DNA of 64,000 nt, taken from Acidobacteriota bacterium (GTDB taxonomy: Bacteria; Acidobacteriota; UBA6911; RPQK01; JAJDTT01). Positions 45,447-55,750 of this stretch are shown here, piece by piece (position 1 is the first letter of the stretch; every line of letters starts with the position of its first letter). The stretch covers positions 3,264,001 to 3,328,000 of the forward strand of contig CBDCJH010000002.1 of the NCBI GenBank assembly GCA_965217775.1. Reading direction: 5' to 3'. The notes beneath the pieces are model-generated. The model saw only the letters and a list, made by a program, of their open reading frames with translations. It did no database searches and was not told where the DNA came from. Made by a program: the position numbers and the translations under genes.

Positions 45447-47117
45447 TCAGTCCTTTCGGGTCAGCACACCGATCTTCTCCACCTGCTCACCTTCCACCAG
45501 ACGGTATCGATAACCGCTTTCCAGGCTGGACAACTCCTGCACCATTCCCGAGGGCCACCGGATCTTGCCTCCGGAGAGGAGCTTCGATTCCCCCAGACCC
45601 ACGAAGAGCCGGGGGTCTCGGGCGGACAGATAGCTCCCGGATGGGTCTACGAAAGCCGAATGGACCTTCCCCTCCCGGCGCCAGTCCAACCGCGCCCCGA
45701 TGGCGGACCGGTTGGAGCGGGAGCCCACCAGCTCGAGGAGGATCCGATGGCCCTGGGGGGTCTCATTGAGCAGAATCTGAGGCCGGCCGCCCGAGTTGCT
45801 GACCACCAGGTCCAGGTCTCCATCGTTGTCCAGATCTCCCAACGCGGTCCCTCGGCTGACGAAATCACCTCCCCGATTGATCCGGCTCGGCTCCGAAATC
45901 TCAAGAAAGCGCCCCTCCCGGTTCTCGTAGAGGAGATTGGGCTGGCGATAGCTCACCGCGTCGCTGAAGGAGTCGAGGTTGTCCAGGATGTGTCCGTTGG
46001 CCACGAAAAGATCCAGATCCCCGTCGGCGTCCCAGTCGAGGAAGCAGGTCCCAAACCCCACATAGGGAAGCGAGCTCTCTCCCAGTCCGACCTCGTAGGT
46101 GACGTCCCGGAACGTCAGCCCCGACTCCCGCCGGTAAAGGGTATTCGTCTCGCTCTCGAAGTTGGTGACGAAGATCTCGGGGGACCCATCCCCGTCGGTG
46201 TCGCCCAGAGCGACGCCCATCCCCGCCTGGGGCGCCCCGTTCTGGTCGAGGGCGGTTCCCGAGACCAGAGAGAGGTCTTCGAAGGTCCCCTCCCCCCGAT
46301 TTCGCAGGAGGAAGTTCATCTCCGTGTCATTGGCGATGTAGACGTCCAGAAAGCCGTCATCGTCCAGGTCCCATAAGCCAATGCCCAAACCTCTGCCCGG
46401 GATGGAGCCGACACCCGATCGATGGCTGATGTCCGAGAACGTGCCATCGCCGTTGTTGCGGTAGAGGACATCTCGAGCGCCGGGAAACAGACTGGGGTGA
46501 CAATAGCCGCGCCTTCCCTCGTCCCCGCAGAGGCGGGCATCCGTCAGCCGGTACTCCAGGTAGTTGACGACGTACAGGTCCAGGGAGCCGTCATTGTCGA
46601 AATCGAAGAAAGCCGCACTCGACCCCCAGCGGTCGTCCCCGACTCCGGCCCGGTCCGTCACATCGGCGAAAGTCCCGTCCCCGTTGTTGCGATAGAGGAT
46701 GTTTGGCCCGAACTGGGTCAGGTAGAGATCCACCCAACCGTCGTTGTCATAGTCCCCACTGGCAACCCCCATGCCGTAGCCTGAACCGCTGGCACCGGCG
46801 GCTTCCGTCACGTCACGGAAGGTCCCATCTCCGCGATTCTGATGGAGGCGGCCTTCACCCCGACTGCTCGCGGCCCCGTCGAGAGGGGCGCCGCCCACCA
46901 AGTAGAGATCGAGGTGTCCATCCCGGTTGAAGTCGAGAAGAGCCACCCCGGAGCCCATGGTCTCCACCAGATACTTGGAGTCGGTGCCACGGCGGTCGTG
47001 CTTGGAGTCGACGCCCTTCTCTTCCCAAACGTCCCGGAAGCGGACCCCGGACCTGTCGCCGGCGGTGGCGAGGGAAAGCAACAGACCCAGCCCGGGCAGA
47101 GTGAGAACCGGCTTCAT
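45447..47117 (-). CDS. CRTAC1 family (FG-GAP + ASPIC-UnbV) protein
   Basis: YLVETMGSGVALLDFNRDG, GMGVASGDYDNDG, SNRSAIGA and IRWPSG motifs. Confidence 0.92.
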   Translation of the reverse strand: MKPVLTLPGLGLLLSLATAGDRSGVRFRDVWEEKGVDSKHDRRGTDSKYLVETMGSGVALLDFNRDGHLDLYLVGGAPLDGAASSRGEGRLHQNRGDGTFRDVTEAAGASGSGYGMGVASGDYDNDGWVDLYLTQFGPNILYRNNGDGTFADVTDRAGVGDDRWGSSAAFFDFDNDGSLDLYVVNYLEYRLTDARLCGDEGRRGYCHPSLFPGARDVLYRNNGDGTFSDISHRSGVGSIPGRGLGIGLWDLDDDGFLDVYIANDTEMNFLLRNRGEGTFEDLSLVSGTALDQNGAPQAGMGVALGDTDGDGSPEIFVTNFESETNTLYRRESGLTFRDVTYEVGLGESSLPYVGFGTCFLDWDADGDLDLFVANGHILDNLDSFSDAVSYRQPNLLYENREGRFLEISEPSRINRGGDFVSRGTALGDLDNDGDLDLVVSNSGGRPQILLNETPQGHRILLELVGSRSNRSAIGARLDWRREGKVHSAFVDPSGSYLSARDPRLFVGLGESKLLSGGKIRWPSGMVQELSSLESGYRYRLVEGEQVEKIGVLTRKD

Positions 47118-48541
47118 CGACTGCTCCGGTAGACCTGGTTGGGGTGGGACTGGGCGCGACTCTCCGCCCGGAGACGGTTGATCCGTTGGACCTGTTCCAG
47201 GTGCGACCGGGACTTCTGCCGCCGTCCCTGCCGTTGATGATGCAGGGCCAACTGGTAGTGGGACGGAACGTGCTCCGGGTCCGCTTTCAGGGCCCGTTGC
47301 CACAGTGCCGCCGCAGCCGTTGAGTCGCCGGAGCGGGCTCGGGTTCGGCCCAGCCAGTACAGACCTTCCGCATCCTCCGGCCGCATTTCCACCGCCTTTG
47401 CCAGGGACAGCTCCGCCTCGTCGATCCGTCCCGACTGGAACTGGATCCGACCCAGGGCCAGCAGGCCCGGGACGTGCCCGTTCTCCGCGGCCACCGCCGC
47501 GGCCAGCAGATCGGCCGCTTCCTGGTACCGTCCCAGGGTCTCGGCACGCAGGCCCAGGTAGTAGTAGGCGTCGGCCCGCTCCGGGTTGAGTTCCCGGGCC
47601 TGCTCCAGATAGCCGGCCGCCTCGTGCCTCCGGTCCAGCTCGAAGAGAACGCGGCCGATCTGGATGAGGCCTTCGTAGGCCGGCCGCATCGCAACCCCCT
47701 TCCGGAAGTGCTCCGCAGCCGTCTCGAAGTCGCTCAGCTCCTGGTGAATCAGGCCGAGCCGATAGGAGAGGTCCGGATTGGACCCGGTCTGCGTGCTCTG
47801 GGATTCGAGCCGGGCGGCGGCCCGGGCGAGCCGTTCTCGGGCTCCGGGCAGATCCCCTTGAGCCTTCAGGGCCCGGCCGGCGAGGTAGAGTGCTTCCGGC
47901 TGGCCGGGTTGAACTCCCAGCACCTGTTCCGCCTGCGCCAGCGCCAGGTGTGGCTGGCCCAGGTCCAGATGGTAGCGTCCCAGAGTGAGCCGAGCCCTCT
48001 GTTGCAACCGGTGGTCGCGGAATGGCTTCGCCAAAAGCTGCTCCAGCCGGGGCAGCTTCTGGCCCGGCTGGGCCTCCAGCCGGGTATCGGCGTAGAGCAG
48101 CAGGAGGAGGGGGCTGCCGAGGCCCCGATCCAGAGCCTGCTCCAGGCTTGCCGCCGCCTCGGCGGCTCTCCCCTGACGGGACAGCAGGCGAGCCAGGGCC
48201 ACATAAGGAGGGGGGAAGTCGGGAACATCGGCCAGCAAGCGCCGGTAGGTCTGGGCGGCCGCTTGGGAATCCCCCAGCCGCTCGTCCACGAGCGCCTTCA
48301 TATAGCGAAGCCGGGGGGAATCGGCGTGGTGGACCAGAGCCTCCGCCAGCGCCTCCTTGGCCTCCTGGTGAAGCGAGCGCTGGATCAGTGCCCTCGCCAG
48401 ATTCATCTGATGAAGCTCGTTATGGGGATTCTCCCCGACTGCACGTCGGAGGTCGTCCAGCAGGGTCTGCGACCCCAGTAGAGAGAGACTGAGCAGCGCG
48501 GCGGCCGTTGCGGCGAAACCGGGCAACCGAATCCGTCCCAT
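47114..48541 (-). CDS. Secreted tetratricopeptide repeat protein
   Basis: Signal peptide; many TPR units (AYYYLG, ALYLAG, GLYWLG). Confidence 0.88.
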   Translation of the reverse strand: MGRIRLPGFAATAAALLSLSLLGSQTLLDDLRRAVGENPHNELHQMNLARALIQRSLHQEAKEALAEALVHHADSPRLRYMKALVDERLGDSQAAAQTYRRLLADVPDFPPPYVALARLLSRQGRAAEAAASLEQALDRGLGSPLLLLLYADTRLEAQPGQKLPRLEQLLAKPFRDHRLQQRARLTLGRYHLDLGQPHLALAQAEQVLGVQPGQPEALYLAGRALKAQGDLPGARERLARAAARLESQSTQTGSNPDLSYRLGLIHQELSDFETAAEHFRKGVAMRPAYEGLIQIGRVLFELDRRHEAAGYLEQARELNPERADAYYYLGLRAETLGRYQEAADLLAAAVAAENGHVPGLLALGRIQFQSGRIDEAELSLAKAVEMRPEDAEGLYWLGRTRARSGDSTAAAALWQRALKADPEHVPSHYQLALHHQRQGRRQKSRSHLEQVQRINRLRAESRAQSHPNQVYRSSR

Positions 48542-48570
48542 GCAGAAGATTCCCTCCGGTTCAGGAGCTC

Positions 48571-49659
48571 TCAATTCGGCAACCACTCCTCGAAAAAGCG
48601 CTGCCAATTAGCGTGCATCACGTTGGCGATGTCCTCGGTTTTCCAATTGCGCCTTTCCAGAGTCTCGGCGACCTTCGGGTAATCGGCTACGGTGTCGATC
48701 CCGCCGGGCGCCCCGGCCAGACCTCCCTGCCCGTCCGTGTCGCCGCCGATGGCGGCGTGGAGGGTGCTGCCGGCCAGTTCGCAGATGTGCTCGATGTGAT
48801 CCGCGACATCGTCCAGCGTCACCTCCTCCCTGGCGAAGGGGCGAACGCGGCCCGCTCCGGTGGCGGCCCAATTCAGCCTTCGGGTGCGGTGGAGCATCCA
48901 GGTGTCCAGCGAGACCCCGATCACTCCTCCCCGCTCGATGACCGCTCGAAGCTGCCGGTCCGAGAACTGACGTTCCCCCGGGACCAGTGCGCGGCAATTC
49001 TGGTGGCTGGCCAGGACCGGACCCTGGAACAGTTCCAGCGACTGCCAGAATCCCTCGTCGGAGATGTGGGTCAGATCCAGGACCATGCCGGTCCGCTCCA
49101 TTTCCGCCAGCAACGGCCTCGCCGGTGGAAACAGCCCTCCGGGACAACCCGTCCCGTGCGCGTAGGTGCTGGGTCCGTAGTGGGTCAGGCTCACGACTCG
49201 GAGTCCCCAGTCCCACCACTGGGACAACTGCCCGGGCCAGAGAATGGGATCGGCCCCCTCCATCCCCAGAACCACACCCACGGCTCGTCCGGCGGTTTCG
49301 GCCGCACCTGCCCATTCCTCCATGTGGCAGTTGAATTGGGAACGGGTCTGGAGAATTCGGATTTCTCCGCGGGCCGCCAGGACCTGGTAGAAGGCCAACT
49401 GACCTCGGGCGGCGGCATGGGCCAAGTCTCCACTACGGTAGCCCCAGAGGGGACTGTTCTCTCTTTCGATCCGGCCGACCACCTTGACCAGCGCGCCCGC
49501 AATCCCACCCCGTCGCATCTCGGGCAGGGTGGCCAGGACCATGTTGTCCGAGTCCGCTTCGGCTTGGCGCACTGACTCGACGGACAAGGTCAGATCCCGG
49601 TTCATGTCCAGGGCACTGTAAGCCATCGGATAGTCGCCATCGAAGATGAGCATCCCCAT
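48571..49659 (-). CDS. Membrane dipeptidase (peptidase M19) family protein
   Basis: LGMEGAD, LDLTH, ASHQN and AIGGDTDG motifs. Confidence 0.85.
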   Translation of the reverse strand: MGMLIFDGDYPMAYSALDMNRDLTLSVESVRQAEADSDNMVLATLPEMRRGGIAGALVKVVGRIERENSPLWGYRSGDLAHAAARGQLAFYQVLAARGEIRILQTRSQFNCHMEEWAGAAETAGRAVGVVLGMEGADPILWPGQLSQWWDWGLRVVSLTHYGPSTYAHGTGCPGGLFPPARPLLAEMERTGMVLDLTHISDEGFWQSLELFQGPVLASHQNCRALVPGERQFSDRQLRAVIERGGVIGVSLDTWMLHRTRRLNWAATGAGRVRPFAREEVTLDDVADHIEHICELAGSTLHAAIGGDTDGQGGLAGAPGGIDTVADYPKVAETLERRNWKTEDIANVMHANWQRFFEEWLPN

Positions 49660-49858
49660 CAGCCTCCCGTCCCTGAGATTCTGGCCCTACTCAGGGCCGA
49701 CCTCCTTCGGTCATCGATCGACTGGCCCGGGTCTGGAACCACACCGTAGACGTACTGCTCCGTCGCCACGGTTGCCCGGATGGGCACACTGCCTGACTTT
49801 TCCTGGCCTTCACCATTCGCACCACTTTCGTGTCGTGCACCTTACCGGCAAATGTCTG

Positions 49859-49895
49859 TTGACACGAACACACAGCATTATCTATTATGCAGAAT
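49859..49895 (+). promoter_or_regulatory. Sigma70-like promoter with overlapping palindromic GntR operator candidate
   Basis: TTGACA-N18-TATTAT; imperfect palindrome ATTATGCAGAAT at 49884-49895. Confidence 0.5.
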
Positions 49896-49957
49896 TAGTT
49901 TCGCAAGACGAGTTCGTCACTGCCAACCAGAGGATCGCCAGCCGGAAGAGTTTCTTC

Positions 49958-50671
49958 ATGGATGATACCAGCGTCCCGCCAGCGCTTCGCCGTGAATCTC
50001 TGAGCACCCAGGTCGCCCGCCACATCCGAAATGCCATTCTCACGGGTGATTATCAACTCGGTCAGAGGCTCCGGGAACTGGAACTGGCCGAGCGCTTCGG
50101 CGTCAGCAACAGTGTCGTTCGGGAAGCCCTGGGCCTGCTGCAGGGTCAAGGTCTGATCGTCAATAACCCCTACCGGGGGCGTTCCGTCTTCGACCTGACG
50201 CCGGAGCAGGCCAAGGAACTTTTCTTCATGAGAGCCTCCCTCGAGTCTTTGGCGTGCGTTCTGGCTATCAATCGGCTCAACGAGGATAGTCGCAAAGACA
50301 TTGCCGCTGCTGCCAAAAGCATGAAGACCGCACCAGCGAAGGACTTTCCGGAACGGGTGGCGGCAGAGAACCGCTTTCACCGTCTGATCTGGGCGTCCAC
50401 CGGGAACGAGTGGCTTCAGCGCACCCTGGAGCAGCTCATCATTCCCCTGTTGTGCATCGGAACGGCTCGCCTTTCGAACCCAAATCTCGATATCGGGGAG
50501 ATCCTCGAGATGTCTCAAGGCTGGGAGGACAACGACGAGCTACAGGGGCACCAGCCATTGGCAGAGGCCTACCTGAAGGGAGACTCGGCGGAAGCTCGAG
50601 AGAAGATGATTGTGCACCTCCTGTGGCGGGAGGAGCACATTGACCTGCGCAAGCAGGCTTTTGGATGTTGA
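49958..50671 (+). CDS. GntR family regulator (FCD domain)
   Basis: IRNAILTGDYQLGQRLRELELAERFGVSNSVVREAL wHTH; ENRFHRLI FCD motif. Confidence 0.92.
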   Translation: MDDTSVPPALRRESLSTQVARHIRNAILTGDYQLGQRLRELELAERFGVSNSVVREALGLLQGQGLIVNNPYRGRSVFDLTPEQAKELFFMRASLESLACVLAINRLNEDSRKDIAAAAKSMKTAPAKDFPERVAAENRFHRLIWASTGNEWLQRTLEQLIIPLLCIGTARLSNPNLDIGEILEMSQGWEDNDELQGHQPLAEAYLKGDSAEAREKMIVHLLWREEHIDLRKQAFGC

Positions 50672-50746
50672 GGAATTGGAGCACCCCAGGTTCTTTCGAG
50701 CCTCCGGTCCAACGGAGGGTTCGTCACCAAGGAGGTTAGGTACAAA

Positions 50747-53700
50747 ATGAAGCGTAGCTTTGGTTTCCTTCATGTCGCAGTCGCTGCGGCAGTCGTGTTT
50801 ACTCTGGTTCAGACCGCCAGCGGCCAGCGCACGACCGGCCAGATCGTGGGCACGGTCTACGACACCACCGGCGCCGTCGTGCCAGGTGTCGATGTCACCG
50901 GTCTGAATGTGAACACTGGGAGGCAGTACTCCGCCGTCAGCGGGGATGCTGGAAACTACCTGCTGGATCCACTCCCGGTCGGTCGCTACACGGTGACTGC
51001 CGAGCTGGGCGGGTTCAAGAAGGCCGAGGTGACCAACATTACCCTGCTGGTCGACCAGAGTGCCCGCATCGATTTCCATCTGGAGACGGGCGAGATCGCC
51101 GAACAGGTCACCGTCGAGGCGAGTTCCGCCTTGTTGGACACCACGACCTCCGACGTGGGACGAGTGGTGGAGAACAAGACCATCGTCGAGCTGCCCATGA
51201 ATCGGCGGGAGTTCATGCAGCTGGCCTACTTGGAGCCGGGTGTGGTGCCGGCGCCACCCGGGAACTTCAATGAGAGGATACAGGGGGAGTTCACCGCTGT
51301 CTCGGGTATGGGACAGCGGCTCGAGTACCAGACCGTGAGCCTGAACGGAGTCAACAACTCAGGGACGCATCTCCAGTGGCTGGCCGCGCGTCCGTCCGTG
51401 GATGCCATCCAGGAGTTCAAGATCCAGAACTCGAACTACTCGGCCGAGGTGGCCTCCAAGGGCTCCCTGGTCATCAATCTGGTCATCAAGTCGGGAACCA
51501 ACTCCTTTCACGGCAGTCTGTTCGAGTTCCTCCGCAACGACGCCTTCGACGCCCGCAACTTCTTCGACATCACCGGGGACACTCCACCCTACAAGCAGAA
51601 CCAGTTCGGAGGAACCTTCGGTGGACCCATCGTCCCGGACAAGACCTTCTTCTTTGGTGCCTACGAGGGACGCCGGATCACAATCGGCCGTACCCGGGTG
51701 CACTTCGTTCCCAACGACGAGCAGCGGCAGGGCATCTTCGATCCGGACCGGTTCGGCATCATTTACGATCCCCTGACATTCGACGCCGGCACCAGGACTC
51801 GCCAGCCCTTCCCGGACAACCGGATTCCCCAGAACCGCATTCACCCCACCTCCGCCAAGATCATGGATTACATCTTCCCGCCCAACAACCCGGCGGACCC
51901 GAAGCGCAATCTCGTCACCAATCCCGTCGAGCGGAACGATATGGATCAGATCAATACCCGCTTCGACCATCACTTCGGGAACAGCGACAGCCTCTTCTTC
52001 AGCTGGAACTGGAGCGACCGCTTCCGGCCCGTACCTACAGGGATCGGCGAAGTCGGGGGGCAGAAGTTCACTCAGACCTCCCAGCACTACACCCTGTCCC
52101 ATACTCACATCATCTCGCCCGTGACTCTGAATGAATTTCGCTTCGGGGTCATGCGCTTCCTCCACCGCGAGGAGGGCAACAGCGTGGGAACCCTCTTCGA
52201 ATCCGACCTCTTTGGGATCCCCGAGACGGAGACCCGGTCCGACCGATCGGCGTTTCCGGGTGTGAGCGTCTCCGGCTACGGGGTCTCGGCGGTGACCGAG
52301 AACCGGCACGTCCGAAACTGGGAGACCGATTTCCAGCTTTATGACGCCATGACCTTCCGGCAAGGGGACCATAGTTTCCGGCTGGGAGTCGACTTCCAGC
52401 GCCTGTTCGACTACGTCCTCTTCTGCCGCTGCACTGGGACATACAGCTTCAACGGTCGCTACGTCGCCGCTTCCGAAGGAGCCGCGTTCGGCGATGCCTG
52501 GTCCCAGTTCCTCCTGGGCTATCCCAACCTGATTCGAAGAGACTCGGTCTTCAACACGGGCTACGCCTACGGGAACCAGTTGGGGTTATTCATCCAGGAC
52601 GACTGGCGGGTGACTCCCAAGCTGACTTTGAATCTGGGATTGCGCTACGACACCTATCTGGATCTGCAGGAAAAGGGGGACGAAGTCTCCACCTTCGATC
52701 CCGCCAGTGGAGAGGTCGTTTTTGCCGAGAATTCGCCGCTGCTCTTCCGCAACCCGGCCACCGGCGAGGAACGGCCCTTCGAGCCCAAGTTTCCCTTCCG
52801 CCGAATCTCCAACCGGAGACTCTACGAGGAGGACTTCGTCAATTTTGCCCCCCGGATGGGCTTCGCCTATCAGCTCACCGGCAGGACGGTGATGAAGGGA
52901 GCCTATGGAATCTTCAACACGCTGAAAAACATGCGCCAGTTCATCCAGGCGCACCTTACGGCGCCCTACTGGTTCCGCTTTCAGCAGATCCTGGACCCAC
53001 TGGTCGTGACCCACAGTTGGGCTGACGGGTTTACAGGGGCTCCGATCAGCAGCAGCACCACGCTCTGGAAGGCGGCCCCCCTGACAGGGCTCACCCAGCC
53101 CTACAATCAGCAGTGGAACTTCGGGTTCCAGCACACCATCAGCGATGACATCCTGTTGGATCTGGCCTACGTGGGTAACGCCGGCCGGGAGCTGGATCAG
53201 AGGACCGTGGAGAACGTGCCACCGCCGGGACCGGGTTCGATCCAGGCCAGAAGACCTGCTCCCCTGGTAGGGGCGGTCAACGCTTGGCTGGGCGGCGCCT
53301 TCTCCGACTACCATTCCTTCCAAACCAAGCTGACCAAGCGCTTCACCGATTCCGCTTCCTGGAACCTCTCCTACACCTGGAGCAAAGCCATCGATACCAA
53401 CTCGACCGATGTCGTCTACGGCGGTGACTCTTCGGGAACCGACAATCCCTTCGATCCCTGGGGCTCACAGAAGGGACTGGCAGGCCATGACATCCCCCAC
53501 CGGCTCGTGGTCAACTGGATCTGGCAGCTCCCGAGTCCCGAGCACGGGACGCTACGCCACGTCTTCGGTAACTGGGAGACGACCGGCATCTGGAGCGTAC
53601 AGAGCGGTTATCCCTTCACACCCTCGACATCCAGACGTACCAACAACGGGACTGGCGGCCGACCCGACCGGACCTGTGACGGCGAGCTTTCCAACCCCAG

Positions 53701-54004
53701 TATCGACCGCTGGTTCGACACCAGCTGCTTCGTGACGCCGGAGATCTACACCTACGGCAATTCGGGCAGGACCATTCTCCGGGGAGACGGGTGGTGGAAC
53801 TTCGACCTGGGTCTCTTCCGCAACATTCCGCTGCAGGCCCTGGGGGATGGGGGAGCCTTCCAGGTCCGCTTGGAGGCGTTCAACCTCTTCAACCATCCCA
53901 ACTTCGGTCTGCCCGTGCGCAACGTCCGCTCCGGCGCCCGCGGCACGGTGAGCAGCGCCAGCGAAGCCAGGCAGCTCCAGTTCGGCTTCCGGTTGGTCTT
54001 TTGA
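50747..54004 (+). CDS. TonB-dependent receptor, Oar-like, with carboxypeptidase-regulatory-like N-domain
   Basis: Signal peptide; GTVYDTTGAVVPG, KSGTNSFHGSLFEFLRNDAFDARNFF, FIQDDWRV and RQLQFGFRLVF motifs. Confidence 0.95.
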   Translation: MKRSFGFLHVAVAAAVVFTLVQTASGQRTTGQIVGTVYDTTGAVVPGVDVTGLNVNTGRQYSAVSGDAGNYLLDPLPVGRYTVTAELGGFKKAEVTNITLLVDQSARIDFHLETGEIAEQVTVEASSALLDTTTSDVGRVVENKTIVELPMNRREFMQLAYLEPGVVPAPPGNFNERIQGEFTAVSGMGQRLEYQTVSLNGVNNSGTHLQWLAARPSVDAIQEFKIQNSNYSAEVASKGSLVINLVIKSGTNSFHGSLFEFLRNDAFDARNFFDITGDTPPYKQNQFGGTFGGPIVPDKTFFFGAYEGRRITIGRTRVHFVPNDEQRQGIFDPDRFGIIYDPLTFDAGTRTRQPFPDNRIPQNRIHPTSAKIMDYIFPPNNPADPKRNLVTNPVERNDMDQINTRFDHHFGNSDSLFFSWNWSDRFRPVPTGIGEVGGQKFTQTSQHYTLSHTHIISPVTLNEFRFGVMRFLHREEGNSVGTLFESDLFGIPETETRSDRSAFPGVSVSGYGVSAVTENRHVRNWETDFQLYDAMTFRQGDHSFRLGVDFQRLFDYVLFCRCTGTYSFNGRYVAASEGAAFGDAWSQFLLGYPNLIRRDSVFNTGYAYGNQLGLFIQDDWRVTPKLTLNLGLRYDTYLDLQEKGDEVSTFDPASGEVVFAENSPLLFRNPATGEERPFEPKFPFRRISNRRLYEEDFVNFAPRMGFAYQLTGRTVMKGAYGIFNTLKNMRQFIQAHLTAPYWFRFQQILDPLVVTHSWADGFTGAPISSSTTLWKAAPLTGLTQPYNQQWNFGFQHTISDDILLDLAYVGNAGRELDQRTVENVPPPGPGSIQARRPAPLVGAVNAWLGGAFSDYHSFQTKLTKRFTDSASWNLSYTWSKAIDTNSTDVVYGGDSSGTDNPFDPWGSQKGLAGHDIPHRLVVNWIWQLPSPEHGTLRHVFGNWETTGIWSVQSGYPFTPSTSRRTNNGTGGRPDRTCDGELSNPSIDRWFDTSCFVTPEIYTYGNSGRTILRGDGWWNFDLGLFRNIPLQALGDGGAFQVRLEAFNLFNHPNFGLPVRNVRSGARGTVSSASEARQLQFGFRLVF

Positions 54005-54110
54005 GGCAAGCTTGAGCGAAGCGATGCCAATAAGGCAGCCAGGGAATGATTCCTGGCTGCCTCCATCTTTTCGATCCCAGATAAGCACGGTTACACTGTC
54101 ATCCAAGGTA

Positions 54111-55727
54111 ATGGTTATCCCCTTGACCAGGGCGCTGTTGGCCACCACTTCTCTGGCGCTGGCCATCACCACTCTGCCGGCCCAGGACACGAGTCAGGAT
54201 CTCCGGCGGGAGGAGCAGCTTGACTACTTCGAAAGATGGCTGAAAGAGGATGCGGTCTACATCATCATGCCGGAGGAGCGTACGGTCTTCGATTCCCTCA
54301 CCACCGACGAAGAGAAGGAGCGTTTCGTCGAGCAGTTCTGGCGCCGCCGGGACACCAACCCCTCTACCGGCTTGAACGAGTTCAAAGAAGAGCACTACCG
54401 CAGAATCGCTTACGCCAATGAGGAGTTCCACTGGGGCAAACCCGGCTGGCAGACGGATCGAGGTCGAGTCTACATCATGTTCGGGGAGCCCGACCGGCGG
54501 GAGCGATTCGAGGCAGGAAGCACCTATCGGCGGACCGCCTTGGAGGGGGGAGGCCACACCGTCACCTATCCCTATGAAGTCTGGTTCTACCGCCATCTCC
54601 CGGGAGTCGGCGCCGGGGTGGTGGTCGAGTTCGTGGACAGCGGTCTCACCGGCGAGTTCGCCCTGGCCATGCGTCCCGAAGAGAAGGACGCCCTTTTCTT
54701 CACCGGCCAGGGCAGGACCCTGCTGGAAGAGGCTGGCTTGGAGACCCGGGCTGGCCGGCTGCGTGCCAGGGACGTCATGAGACCGGTGGGGCTCGACGGC
54801 GATTCCGTACATCTGAAGAATCCCTTCGATCTGGTCCGGCAATATTTTCAGCTGACCCACCGTCGCTACCAGATCAAGAATCCCGAGCTGGAGGAGCTGG
54901 TCCGGCTGAAGGTCGCGTACGAAACCCTGCCTTTCAGCCATGGTGTCCACGTCAGTTGGATCTCGGAGGACCTTCACCTCGCTTCGGTGACCCTCTCCAT
55001 CCCCAACCGGGAACTGGACTTCCAGCCCTTCGGCCAAGATCTGGTCCGGGCCCGCCTTGCTCTCTACGGTCAGGTCGACGACCTAACGGGACTCACGGTC
55101 TTCTCCTTCGAAGACGAGATCACGACCGACATCAGTCGCCAGCGGGCCGCGCGAGAACTGGACCGGCACTCGGTCTACCAGAAAAAGATCCCCCTCAAGT
55201 CGGGTCGCTACAAGCTGACCCTGGTGCTGAAGGACACAACCAGTGAGCGCGTCGGCGTGGCCAGCCGCGGACTGGTGGCAGCGGCGAAGAAGGACAAGCT
55301 GGGTGCCAGCAGTTTGATTCTGTGTGAGCATCTGCGGTTCACGGGCGAACAGGGCGATCTGACCCAGCCCTTTGTCTACTTTGGAGGGGTCAAGCTCTAT
55401 CCCAGTACGAACAATGTCTTTCGAGCGGTGGACGCCCTGAACGCCTACCTGGAAATCTATAATCCGGCACTCGACCAGAGCACCGGAAAGCCCAATGTGA
55501 CTCTGGAGTATGCCGTCGTCGAGGACGGTGCCCCGGCTTCGCAGTTCATCGACATCACGGGCCGGGCGGGCGCCGTCTACGGCAATCGGATCGTGATCCT
55601 GCACCAAGTGCCCCTCGACACCCTGGGTGCGGGCAGATACGCGATGCAGATACGTTACACCGATCGGATCAGCGGTCAGATGCTGTCTCGCAGTGCACGG
55701 TTTCAGCTCCGGGACAAGGCCCTTTGA
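54111..55727 (+). CDS. GWxTD domain protein
   Basis: WLKEDAVYII, FWRRRD, EEHYRRIAYAN and PGWQTDRGRVYI motifs; start uncertain (54012-54111). Confidence 0.92.
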   Translation: MVIPLTRALLATTSLALAITTLPAQDTSQDLRREEQLDYFERWLKEDAVYIIMPEERTVFDSLTTDEEKERFVEQFWRRRDTNPSTGLNEFKEEHYRRIAYANEEFHWGKPGWQTDRGRVYIMFGEPDRRERFEAGSTYRRTALEGGGHTVTYPYEVWFYRHLPGVGAGVVVEFVDSGLTGEFALAMRPEEKDALFFTGQGRTLLEEAGLETRAGRLRARDVMRPVGLDGDSVHLKNPFDLVRQYFQLTHRRYQIKNPELEELVRLKVAYETLPFSHGVHVSWISEDLHLASVTLSIPNRELDFQPFGQDLVRARLALYGQVDDLTGLTVFSFEDEITTDISRQRAARELDRHSVYQKKIPLKSGRYKLTLVLKDTTSERVGVASRGLVAAAKKDKLGASSLILCEHLRFTGEQGDLTQPFVYFGGVKLYPSTNNVFRAVDALNAYLEIYNPALDQSTGKPNVTLEYAVVEDGAPASQFIDITGRAGAVYGNRIVILHQVPLDTLGAGRYAMQIRYTDRISGQMLSRSARFQLRDKAL

Positions 55728-55750
55728 ACGAAGTTGCAAAAGGAAGCGCG